Assembly: GCA_964016885.1 (NCBI GenBank)
Contig: OZ024742.1
Span: 236,530,001 to 236,594,000, forward strand
Source of the DNA: Eledone cirrhosa
Lineage: Eukaryota
Length of the DNA: 64,000 nt
Direction: 5' to 3'
Shown here piece by piece: positions 27,111 to 46,994 of this stretch (position 1 is its first letter; each line of letters begins with the position of its first letter). The notes under the pieces were generated by a model. That model was not told the DNA's origin, did no database searches, and was given only the letters and a program-made list of their open reading frames with translations. The translations under genes were made by a program, and so were the position numbers.

Positions 27111-27556
27111 CAGAACAAACAATCATAAATAACAATAAGCAGTTATATTTTAAGAATCGAATAAGGCTTTATCAAGCGAAAAGTCAAAATACATAGAACG
27201 TTTAAGCAGGCAATAAGATTTAAATGCATTTTATGAAAAAGGAATGTCTTTTAAAAACCATGCAAAGTTATATGTTTACTTGAGTTTTTTTCAAAAGGTT
27301 TGTTCGATTGCAGTGAATTGGTTAATGTATAGTTTATATATCTAGAAGATTGTTGTCGCTTTTCTTTATAAAGATATTATAGTTGGTGAATTCACTTATA
27401 AGAAACGTATATGGAATAATATATATAAAGAATATAAAAAAATATTGTATATATATAGAGAGACATATATATTTATATACATACACCGTAGTTCTGTATA
27501 ATTACCTTATTCAAATCTGGTTTTATATACATTCATGCACGTCCACACATACACAG

Positions 27557-27677
<121 letters not shown>

Positions 27678-28609
27678 GTGTAAATGATTAACATATATTA
27701 ATTCAAATATATGTACTTAGCAATAATATTTAGATAATTAATAGTCTAATTTGTGAATTTAACACCGGTTAACCTCTGAAATAATATTCTGAAACACATA
27801 CTTATTTGTTTATTTTGATATTAATATACTCTTCACACAGAGTTGCTGAAGCATGGATCAAACTACCTTCATCAGTCGTTAGCTGTCGAGACACTGCATC
27901 CTTTAAAACCTCCATGCTTCCTGAGATTCGCCAACACTACACCTAATATTCCCCCTCCATTTACAAGCACACATGTATATCATGACTCATACACTATTCA
28001 CTTCCCTGACATTTGTATAGTATTCTATGTACTATACATGCATCTTTAACGAGTTGTAGTTCACCTGAGCACTGTACACAATAATTTCATTATTATTATT
28101 TTCATTTTTATTATTATAATTGAGTATTATCGATTATTTAAAAACTACTATAGCAGATAGAACATCGTTGTAACAGCTGAAACATTAATATATATATATA
28201 TATTCACTGCGTATAACTTCATGGTACATAATATGATGTTAACTTTGCAGTAAATATATTTTAACCCCGTTAAATTCGTTGGATTGCCCGAGATAACTAT
28301 GATTATTGCTTTGTTGAAATTCAAAATTCATTTCAGGAAGATTTTTAATGCAAATTACACCATTTTTTAAACTATAAATTCCGATTCATTCTAGAAAATA
28401 CTACTTCCAAATAGCCTTTAAGGCAACTGATACTATATGTTTGATTTACCATATTCTTTGAACTATATTCGTAACTGTGATTTATTTTTAGAGTGATATA
28501 TATTATCTGTTTTTTCTTAAGTGATTTGTATTGGTATTTTAATTAAACCCTGATGACACCCATAGTCTATGCTCACTAATGGCAAATTGCATATACATAC
28601 ATACATACA

Positions 28610-28641
<32 letters not shown>

Positions 28642-28871
28642 CATATAAAGGGATAACAAAATATCGTTATAGGTAATCCAGTTAGAGGTTGTGAATACTT
28701 CGTATTATGGATAGTTTTAGCGTACGGCGTTGTTTGACTCAACAGGGGGTTTACGTAGGTGGCGAGGTTATGAGTTCTCTTGCATTCCTATATAAGTTTA
28801 TCTTGGAGTAATAATATTGAAAGAGTGAAGAATGACATGGTCAACAGTACAAAAAAGGGTTTTATTTACAG

Positions 28872-28956
28872 TCTAACAATTGTTTCACTGATTAAGTTGT
28901 CTAAAAATTGCCACTCAATTTTAAATACGTTGTTAGCTTAACCAGATCATCGGAGA
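28872..28956 (-). ncRNA. Degenerate HHR candidate (core CCGATGA)
   Basis: Stem II ctggttaag/cttaatcag, GAAA, palindromic stem III ACAATTGT, stem I tct/aga; one core substitution. Confidence 0.5.
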
Positions 28957-28975
28957 AATATATATATATATATAC

Positions 28976-29187
<212 letters not shown>

Positions 29188-29191
29188 TATA

Positions 29192-29405
29192 AATCAAAAT
29201 ATAACAAATATGTGTGAGTTTTGTGCTTCTCAATAAACCAGCTCAATAGACTTTGTCCAGAGCCATAATAATTCAAGTATAAAAGATGTATGTATATATA
29301 TATACATACATCTTTTATACTTGAATTATTATGGCCCTGGACAAAGTGTATTGAGCTGGTTTATTGAGAAGCATAAAACTCACACATATTTGTTATATTT
29401 TGATT
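29192..29405. repeat. ~107-bp-arm palindrome centred on a short (TA)n
   Basis: Arms symmetric about 29298/29299 with a few mismatches. Confidence 0.9.
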
Positions 29406-30117
29406 CTTCACATTTGTATTTTACAGCTCTATATCCTTTAAATTGTTGAGCTGATGGAACTAATATTTCCGCACCTCTTTCTAACGTAATGAACGTCCAC
29501 TTTTGTTTATATCTAATGTCTTGGGTTGAACGTAGCTACACCATGCTGCTTTTAGTCTGGTGCGACCTTCGTTGGATTTTTCTCTTGATATAGACAGGTA
29601 TATTGTTTTATATGCTATTTTTTATATGCTATTCTTTCCATTAGATCGATGAGACTCGATGAATGTTCCATTAGATCGATGAGACTCGATGAATGTTGAT
29701 AGTCTATCATGTCTTAATCATAATCGATAGTTTGTGATCGATAATCGATTACATAGATCGATTTTAAGTTATAGTTTACAAAACACGAAATAGCACTATA
29801 GATTCCGCCTAGAGTACATATTTCTCTTTGAAATATATGCTCAGTATATATACAATATACTGTTTTCTCACTGATTATATGGACCTTTTTCTCTCCCTAT
29901 ATATATATAATTGCGAAACAGCATTACTAAAGCTGTCTGGGTGTCTGGCAGTTGCCCCAATATTGGTTTGTATTTATTTTCTTGATTTATTATTTTAAAT
30001 TGAGTCTGGCAAGCCCTATTGTTCATAGTTAGTATTTTTTTCACCTTAGCGAATTTGGTCCCTTACGATTTGAACACATATATGTATATATATCTGTGTT
30101 TATCTCCCTTTTATATT

Positions 30118-30170
<53 letters not shown>

Positions 30171-30854
30171 CACACAGATATATCTTTTATACTTGAATTA
30201 CATACATACACATTTATGTAAGTATATATATAACAATAATATTAAAACGAAGTCATCGGAGGGACCGATATATGTCTTCAATCTTTTTCTCACTCAATCA
30301 ATGCTTTAATTAAACCAGCATCATTAAGATACCAATCAGAAAGGAAAGCAGAGTGCATACTAATGTATGAAATAGTGAGAAAAACGATTTCGTGAGGTAA
30401 GAATTTTGATTCTCTGGCCCTGGACCAATGCACAAATCTCCGCTACTCCATCTGCTGGCGACTGTCTATGTTGGACTGGCGTGCACAGAAATTAGGTAAT
30501 TACGTAATCGATTAAGAGTAAGTTCATTAGCTGGAAATTATGTTCTTCGGAACAAATCATATACGAGCCCACTATTTAAGGTGTGGAATAGTCATTACAG
30601 TAGTCAGATCCACTTAAGAGTGTCATGTGACGGTGAAGGGGAGCTAAGCTAGTATTCCTTATTTTCGAGGAACACGCTGGTACGTTTTTATAAATTGCAA
30701 AATGTAAAGAATGGGACAATAAGAATTCAACCCGGCCTTCTGTATAGAAAGCAAAGAATAAATTACAAACAATTAATAAAAATCGATCTATAATAAACAG
30801 TAAAAAGTTCAACTTACAATTTGTATGCGGGTTATCCCTGAGAGTTTAAATAAT

Positions 30855-31040
30855 AATTGTTTCTACTTTTGGCACAAGGCCAGCAAATACCCAGTGCATT
30901 ACTGGTACATTATTTTATCGACCTCGTAAGGATGAAAGGCAAAATTAACCTCGGCGGGATTTGAACTCAGATTGGAAAGGGCCGTAACTCTATGCATCAA
31001 AGTATGGCGTCCGACTCTCTACCGATACTGCCAATCCACC
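30855..31040 (-). mobile_element. tRNA-SINE copy with 16-bp target-site duplication
   Basis: Reverse complement of the SINE; gagtttaaataataat at 30842 and 31041. Confidence 0.88.
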
Positions 31041-31189
31041 GAGTTTAAATAATAATAATATTAAAAGTCATCGGAAGGACCGATATATCTTCAACCGTTT
31101 TCTCACTCACTCAATGCTTTAATTAAGCCATATATATATATACAATTATACCTTTACCCAAGGTTTCACGAAGTTAGACGATCTAAAGA

Positions 31190-31260
31190 TTCCTTCTGAT
31201 GAACGAATTCAGACGCTTCTGTTAGAATCGTCTAACTTCGTGAAACCTTGGGTAATGGAA
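31190..31260 (+). ncRNA. Type-I hammerhead ribozyme candidate (family F), preceded by an inverted partial copy (31154-31182)
   Basis: Stem I ttcctt/atggaa, CTGATGA, long stem II acgaa..agacg.ttct/agaa.cgtct..ttcgt, GAAA, stem III ACC-ttg-GGT, GUA; downstream flank homologous to 24750-24845. Confidence 0.75.
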
Positions 31261-31352
31261 TAATTATATTGTGTTGTTTATTATATAATTAAATAGCTCT
31301 GTACTATACATAGAGCACTCTTCTTTCCTTTAGCTTTTCCACGGAAATACTT

Positions 31353-31396
<44 letters not shown>

Positions 31397-31397
31397 A

Positions 31398-31508
<111 letters not shown>

Positions 31509-32164
31509 GAGAGAGATTCTCCTTGTGCTCAATGGCAAGGAGGAGGAGGAGTTTAATTTATTTGGAGTTTGCAATCTGTGCAACTGATTCAACCAACCAT
31601 CACAGCTGCTAGTGCTATGTGATGTGAGTTTGATTGTTTGTTACAGTCACGAAAAAAATGACGTTCAGCTAAGTGAGTCTCGTGGCTAGACGTCTTCTCT
31701 AGTCGGTTTTCTAATCCAAAATAATTCAGAGCACTTTTTGAGGGATCGCTTAGCCTAATTGAAACCTATTGGCCGGTCGGATGTGGCCCGCGGACCGGGG
31801 GTTACCGCCCCCCGCTCTACGGATTGACATCAGAATGTTTGTCCAGAGTCGATTCCCAGGCTGATTGACTCGCAGAAGTTGCCCTATTAGAAAATGTCTT
31901 GAAAATAGAAAGATAGAGAGTGGATTGCATAAAGTTATAAATTATTTCATTGCGGCTATATGGAAAAGAATGGGGAAGAGAGGAAGAAATACATCTCATC
32001 TGAGGAGGTGATACAATCGATTGAATGAACTGATCAAATAGCTAGCCATTTCACCGAACATACGGAGTAATGCAATATCAACTCCTGTCAGATTCGGAAT
32101 TTAAACAACTACACATTGGATTCAACCGACCTAGTGTTTTCCTAATTGAGGAATTTTGAGTGAA

Positions 32165-32625
32165 CGCACATGGCTAAGTGGTTCGATTCTCAAACTGAAT
32201 GACGCGTTATGATCTTCGGCAAGATTCTTTATTACTCACCTAAAATAAATGAGTACCAGTGACAACCGAGGGTTAGTCCTGTGAATGAGCCCACCTCCCA
32301 GGTGAAGGTGAAGGTAGTGAACTCTCATCACTAAACGGGAGAAACTCCGCACCTTACTTCATCTAACCTGTGGAAATATGTAAAAGCGGGAGTGTTATGA
32401 TAATAATAACAGTAACTCACTCAATAGGTTTGAGTAGATTGGATCCAAAATTAGTAACATGTGGACATAGCATGGCAGAATGGGTAAGTGGTTTATTCGC
32501 AATTATTAGGTATGGGGTCGATCCCGTTGCATCTCATCTTAAGTATATGTCATTTACTATAGCCTCAGGTCAATCCATGCCATGTGTGTGAAATTGGGTA
32601 GATGGAAACTGTTTGAAAGCGCTTC
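32165..32625 (+). mobile_element. Two degenerate tRNA-SINEs of other families (CORE/OR-like)
   Basis: A-box-like tggctaagtgg / tggcagaatgg; tail ctatagcctcaggtcaatcc...gggtagatggaaact. Confidence 0.5.
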
Positions 32626-32755
32626 GGATGGTCTGTTTCTGTTATTGGGCGTAGTATGTCCGGTTCGATACCATCTTGAGCAGGTGTAATTTACCATAGC
32701 CACGATTAGAGCCACACACACACATACATATACACATATACACACACACATATAT

Positions 32756-32824
<69 letters not shown>

Positions 32825-32884
32825 TCACACATAAAACGAGTAAATCAGAAAAAAGTTGGAATTCCTTTTATTAATATATATATA

Positions 32885-33060
32885 TAACGCACCAAAGTAC
32901 TCAATACGTAGGGTAGTAGAGTGGGTAATAGGAACGAGTAGGACCCCGACGGCTGAGCTCAAGCCGTTTCGACGGCTAATTCTGGACTATATGGTATTTA
33001 GTCCAGAATTAGCCGTCGAAACGCCTTGAGCTCTGTCGTCGGGGTCATACTCGTTCCTAT
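32885..33060. mobile_element. Family A fold-back element
   Basis: Inverted arms around tatggtattt; in (TA)n. Confidence 0.85.
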
Positions 33061-33098
33061 ATATATATATATATGTGTTTCTTTATTTATAGATAGAG

Positions 33099-33145
<47 letters not shown>

Positions 33146-33162
33146 GTGCGAGAGAGAGAGAA

Positions 33163-33201
<39 letters not shown>

Positions 33202-33214
33202 ATAATAACGATTT

Positions 33215-33405
33215 CTGATTTTGGCACACTGCCTGCAATTTATGGGGAAGGGAAAGTCGATTGTATCGGCCACAGTATTTAACTGATACTTTATTTAATC
33301 GACCTCGCAAGGATGAAAAGAAAAGTTGATATTAGCTGTATTTAAACTCGTAATGTAAAGAGCAGGAACAAATGCCGTAAAACATTTTATCCGATTTACC
33401 AACGA
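33215..33405 (-). mobile_element. Degenerate tRNA-SINE copy
   Basis: ttttggcacac...ctgatactttatttaatcgacctcgcaaggatgaaa. Confidence 0.6.
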
Positions 33406-33810
33406 TAATAATGGGAAAGAAAAAAAATGCTCTAGTTTGCGTATGTGAGCGTCAGTGCGCATGTGCGTTCTTGTCTATATGTGAGCGTCAATGCATATAT
33501 TTGTGTATATATGTGAATATTTGAGCGTGTAGTTTTACCTACAGCTGTTCCCCTCCCATCAGACGTAATAAGAATGTAACAGTTAAACACGTGAGAATGT
33601 GCTTGGAATGAGGAAGGAAACATTAAACATTAATGTAATAGAATTACTTAGTTACATTATTATTATACAGCGATATAGTGACTGTTGTTTAACTTACTTA
33701 TTGCTGGCTTTTTATACACTGACTGCATCTTAAACTACTTCCTGAATGTTAATGGACTGGCTGAGTATTTATGAATTGATTGAATGTTAATAGGTCTGAC
33801 TGCATCTTAA

Positions 33811-34016
33811 CCCTTTAGCATTTAAACCGGCCATATCCGGCCAGAATTCTCTCACCTCTTTCTGTTCAAACCAGTTATAACTGGCTGCTTATACTTATGT
33901 TAAGGTATTGTTCTCAAAATAAATATCATCAAAATCTCATAAATTCAATATTATGTGACAAAGTGTTTACCATGAAAATACAATAGTAAATATAGTGTAA
34001 TGTAAATGCTAAAGGG
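33811..34016. mobile_element. piggyBac-type MITE, 206 bp
   Basis: TTAA|CCCTTTAGCATTTA ... TAAATGCTAAAGGG|TTAA; lies within a degenerate ttaatggactgactg minisatellite (33715-34240). Confidence 0.85.
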
Positions 34017-34426
34017 TTAAAGGTACTGACACAATGTTAATTGATTAACTGCCTCGAAATGGACTAACTGAAATGATTGTTTTAATGGACTAAGTGAATG
34101 TTAATGGATTTACTGCATTTTAATAGACTGATTGCAACTTAATTTCACTGACCACACATTAACGGGCTGACTCATTGTTGATATGGAGTATTTGTTGCTT
34201 TTTAATAGACTGATTGCTGTTGCATAGACTGACTGCAACTTAAGTTTTCCTATGAGACGAAGGTGTATAGGAACCATGTCCTGATTTCAAATACGATTGA
34301 CATACATACACGAGAGTGAGAGAAAGAGAGAGAGAGAGACATAGAGAGAGAGAGAGTCCAATAAATATATATATACATATATATATATATAGAGAGAGTG
34401 AGAAATTTATTTCGTATTTCTAAAGA

Positions 34427-35232
<806 letters not shown>

Positions 35233-35496
35233 ATACACACATAAAGCACACACACACACACACACACATATATTTATATAAAAATAAATAAATAGTCGGC
35301 GAATTGGCCGAGTAGTTAAGACGTCGGATAGAATGCTTTACTGTATTCGTCCCAGCTCATAGCGCGCTCTGAGTTCAGATCTCCGAGTTCGAGGTCGATA
35401 AAAAAGGGCCAGTCCAGCACTGGGGATTGATTCTTCCTCTATAGAAAACAGTCGGCTGTGTTCATACCTGGAGAGGGTTGGGCTCCGCTAGGTTTA

Positions 35497-36162
<666 letters not shown>

Positions 36163-36174
36163 TATATATATATG

Positions 36175-36287
<113 letters not shown>

Positions 36288-36288
36288 G

Positions 36289-36355
<67 letters not shown>

Positions 36356-36370
36356 GTATATATATATATG

Positions 36371-42300
<5,930 letters not shown>

Positions 42301-42396
42301 TATATTAATGTACGTTATTCCGGGTTGAATCGGAGGTAACCACAGTAAGTAAGGTACTCAATACATAGCAGAGTATAACAGTTTTAATATAGAAGA

Positions 42397-42445
42397 GATT
42401 CTACAGGACTAGAACTGTTTCATTCATTAGAAATCATCAGGAATC
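42397..42445 (-). ncRNA. Type-I hammerhead candidate (family C), mirror copy
   Basis: Exact reverse complement of the + strand motif. Confidence 0.8.
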
Positions 42446-42496
42446 AGATTCCTGATGATTTCTAATGAATGAAACAGTTCTAGTCCTGTAGAATCT
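42446..42496 (+). ncRNA. Type-I hammerhead candidate (family C)
   Basis: agattc CTGATGA tttc-taat-gaat GAA ACAG-ttctagtc-CTGT A gaatct; GUA triplet. Confidence 0.8.
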
Positions 42497-42521
42497 CTTC
42501 TATATATATTTATGTATATAG

Positions 42522-42572
<51 letters not shown>

Positions 42573-42610
42573 ATATATATATACATATATATATATACAT
42601 ATATATATAC

Positions 42611-42677
<67 letters not shown>

Positions 42678-42764
42678 CATATATATATACGTGTATATAT
42701 ATATGTGTATATATATATATGTGTATATGTATATATATATGTATATATATATATATATATATAC

Positions 42765-42895
<131 letters not shown>

Positions 42896-43589
42896 CATAT
42901 ATATATACATATATATATATACATATATATATATACATATATATATACATAAGTTTTAATATAGATGAGATTCTACAGGACTAGAACTGTTTCATTCTTT
43001 AGAAATCATCAAGAATCTGGGTATCAAAAAATAAATATGGTATTTATAGGTCTCTACAAGTGGTAGGAGAGGGTGGGGAGTGGGATGGGTGTAGGTCATT
43101 GGTTAATAGAAAAGGAATTCATTAAAAGCTAATTCTACAAAGCTATAGTTTATTTTTATTAATTTTTGTTTTTAGTAACAAAGGCAGACAGAATTCAATT
43201 CTAGAAACAGGTTCCGGATGGCATACCATTCCTTGTCATTAAGTTTCTCTTAAGCTAACATATGTCTATAAGATCAGTGGGGGGTCAGTCATGGTAGATA
43301 GAATTAAAGGAAAGGGAGTTTCTTTAAAAGCTAAATTCATTAAGGTTCTACCAAGTTACAAAGGTTTAGAGAATTCTGTAGACAGATTCAAAATACTGAG
43401 TGCATATCTTACAATTATCTTCGAACTTCTCTTAAACTAATCAACTATATGCCAAAAATCAACAGACACATTCACAAAAAAACACACTCACTCACACACT
43501 CGCGCGCAACCATAAACACATATACACATACACATATACACACATAAAAACACACACACATATATAAATATATTTATATATATATATAT

Positions 43590-43631
<42 letters not shown>

Positions 43632-43637
43632 ATACAT

Positions 43638-43676
<39 letters not shown>

Positions 43677-43767
43677 CACATATATATACACTCACACACA
43701 TACATACATACACACAAATATACATGTGTATACAAATACATACATATACACATACATATATATATAT

Positions 43768-43805
<38 letters not shown>

Positions 43806-43860
43806 CATACATATACACACATACATATATATATATACATATACACACACATACACACAA

Positions 43861-43893
<33 letters not shown>

Positions 43894-44277
43894 CATAAAC
43901 AAATATATACATACACACACACAAACACATACACATACATATATATACACACACACACACACACACATATACACATATATAAGAAAAAAGCACCCTACAT
44001 ACACATATATACATATACATACATACATATACACACACATATATACACACACACACATAAACACATATATACACACAGACACACACACACATACACATGC
44101 ATATATATAAATATATATAAATATATCTATATATATACATATATACACATACATACACAGACATATACATAAATATACACATATATACAAACATATATAC
44201 GCATATATACACACATATATATACATATATATACACGCATACACACACAAATATATATACACACACTCTCTCTCACG

Positions 44278-44345
<68 letters not shown>

Positions 44346-44756
44346 CACACCTGCACACACACACATATATATATATACACACACATACACACACATATAT
44401 ATATATATACATACATATACATATATACATACATACACATACATACACATATATACACACATATATATATATATACACATATATATACATATATACATAT
44501 ATAAATGAGAGGTATAGAGATTGTTTTAGCAAGAAGCTAACGGCATTCTATAACATATATGCGACTATAACGTCAAGATGGGAAAAGTAGTTAACGAAAG
44601 ATTTAGGAAAAATAACTCAAACTCATCTCAAAAGAGAATCAGGATATAAATTCATCCACATAATTTAGTAAAATCCAGGGAAAAATCTATAGACCTTTAA
44701 CTCATGATAAAATAAAGTTTGAAACACTTATCCTTCAATTTGGAATAACATCAAAT

Positions 44757-44837
44757 GCTCTGTATAGTCTTAAAAGACTATTTCATGAAAACTTTCAGTG
44801 GAGATGGTCACGGTTGGATTTCATTCATCAGCAGAGC
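44757..44837 (-). ncRNA. Type-I hammerhead candidate
   Basis: gctctg CTGATGA atgaaa...tttcat GAA ATAGTC-ttttaa-GACTAT A cagagc; three 6-bp helices, AUA triplet. Confidence 0.85.
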
Positions 44838-45387
44838 TCAACAGAAAACCAGGGCTCTCACAGTAATATAATCCGAAAAAGGCAATTCTAAAACTGGCTA
44901 GTTCGCCTTCATGTGTATTTATGAAAAAGCACATGAGGAAAAAACGGGGCTAGTGACGTCATGATGGAAGTGAATGTTTATTTACAAGAAATAGCAGTCA
45001 AATACATTCTGAAAAAAAACTCTACAAAAGGAGTTCAGCAAAATAGCAATAATTATCACAGTTTTTATGAAAAAAACCGGGATTAGTCACAGATAGTTTA
45101 AGCACTCTAGGAAAAGAATCCGAGTATAAATATAAATGAGAGGTATAGAGATTGTTTTAGCAAGAAGCTAACGGCATTCTATAACATATATGCGACTATA
45201 ACGTCAAGATGGGAAAAGTAGTTAACGAAAGATTTAGGAAAAATAACTCAAACTCATCTCAAAAGAGAATCAGGATATAAATTCATCCACAGAATTTAGT
45301 AAAATCCAGGGAAAAATCTATAGACCTATTACTCATGATAAAATAAAGTTTGAAACACTTATCCTTCAATTTGGAATAACATCAAAT

Positions 45388-45468
45388 GCTCTGTATAGTC
45401 TTAAAAGACTATTTCATGAAAACTTTCAGTGGAGATGGTCACGGTTGGATTTCATTCATCAGCAGAGC
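45388..45468 (-). ncRNA. Type-I hammerhead candidate, second unit
   Basis: Same sequence as 44757-44837, offset 631 bp. Confidence 0.85.
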
Positions 45469-46066
45469 TCAACAGAAAACCAGGGCTCTCACAGTAATAT
45501 AATCCGAAAAAGGGAATTCTAAAACTGGCTAGTTCGCCTTCATGTGTATTTATAAAAAAGCACATGAGGAAAAAACGGGGCTAGTGACGTCAGGATGGAA
45601 GTGAATGTTTATTTACAAGAAATAGCAGTCAAATACATTCTGAAAAAACTCTCCAAAAGGAGTTCAGCAAAATAGCAATAATTATCACAGTTTTTATGAA
45701 AAAAACCGGGATTAGTCACAGATAGTTTAAGCACTCTAGGAAAAGAATCCGAGTATAAATATAAATGAGAGGTATAGAGATTGTTTTAGCAAATACATAC
45801 ATAAATATACACACATAAAACACATATACACACATAGATATATATATATATATACATACACATACATATACACACATACACACAAATATATACACATACA
45901 AATAAATAAGTACTCAATAAATATACGCATATACGCAGGCACATAAAAACACCTCTACAGGCAGAAAATGTAGATAGGAAAGAGGTACTCACATAACCAT
46001 TAGTGGCCGTATTTCAGGTTGAGGAGGGGGTGGGGGTAGGGTGGGCAGGAGGTATAGGGGCCAACC

Positions 46067-46117
46067 AGATTCCTGATGATTTCTAAAGAATGAAACAGTT
46101 CTAGTCCTGTAGAATCT
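46067..46117 (+). ncRNA. Type-I hammerhead candidate (family C)
   Basis: agattc CTGATGA tttc-taaa-gaat GAAACAG...CTGTA gaatct; followed by the family C tail to 46202, then (TA)n. Confidence 0.8.
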
Positions 46118-46210
46118 CATCTATATTAAAACTTTTATACTCTGCAATGTATTGAGTACCTTACTTACTGTGGTTACCTCCGATTCAACCCGGAATAACG
46201 TAATATATAT

Positions 46211-46301
<91 letters not shown>

Positions 46302-46374
46302 CATATATATACATATATATATATACATATATATACATATATATATATATATATACATATATACATATATATAC

Positions 46375-46431
<57 letters not shown>

Positions 46432-46482
46432 TACATATATATACATATATATATATATATATACATATATACATATATATAC

Positions 46483-46689
<207 letters not shown>

Positions 46690-46742
46690 TATATACATAT
46701 ATATATACATATATATATACATATATATATACATATATATAC

Positions 46743-46809
<67 letters not shown>

Positions 46810-46844
46810 TATATACATATACATATATATATATACATATACAT

Positions 46845-46875
<31 letters not shown>

Positions 46876-46994
46876 CATATACATATATATATATATATAT
46901 ATATAATATAATATAAGAGAGTATTGAAGTTTGCTTGAAGCATTGTGGAATAATAAGGTAATTTTCTTTAAGTCGTTTGGAAGCCTCGGCAATG

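Larger units (their letters stand above)
42311..42504. mobile_element. Family C fold-back element carrying two back-to-back hammerheads
   Basis: Arms 42388-42445 and 42447-42504 are exact reverse complements around a single A; homologous to 42951-43018, 46066-46202 and 54997-55192. Confidence 0.92.
44501..45792 (-). mobile_element. Head-to-tail tandem of a ~631-bp non-coding unit (2.05 copies), one HHR per unit; retrozyme-like or PLE pseudo-LTR
   Basis: Unit starts at 44501, 45132 and 45761; few differences between copies; flanked by TA/CA microsatellite. Confidence 0.85.

Noticed and set aside
31770-31818. hAT/Charlie-like terminus (also 7230-7286)
   Set aside because: No matching partner end or 8-bp TSD found
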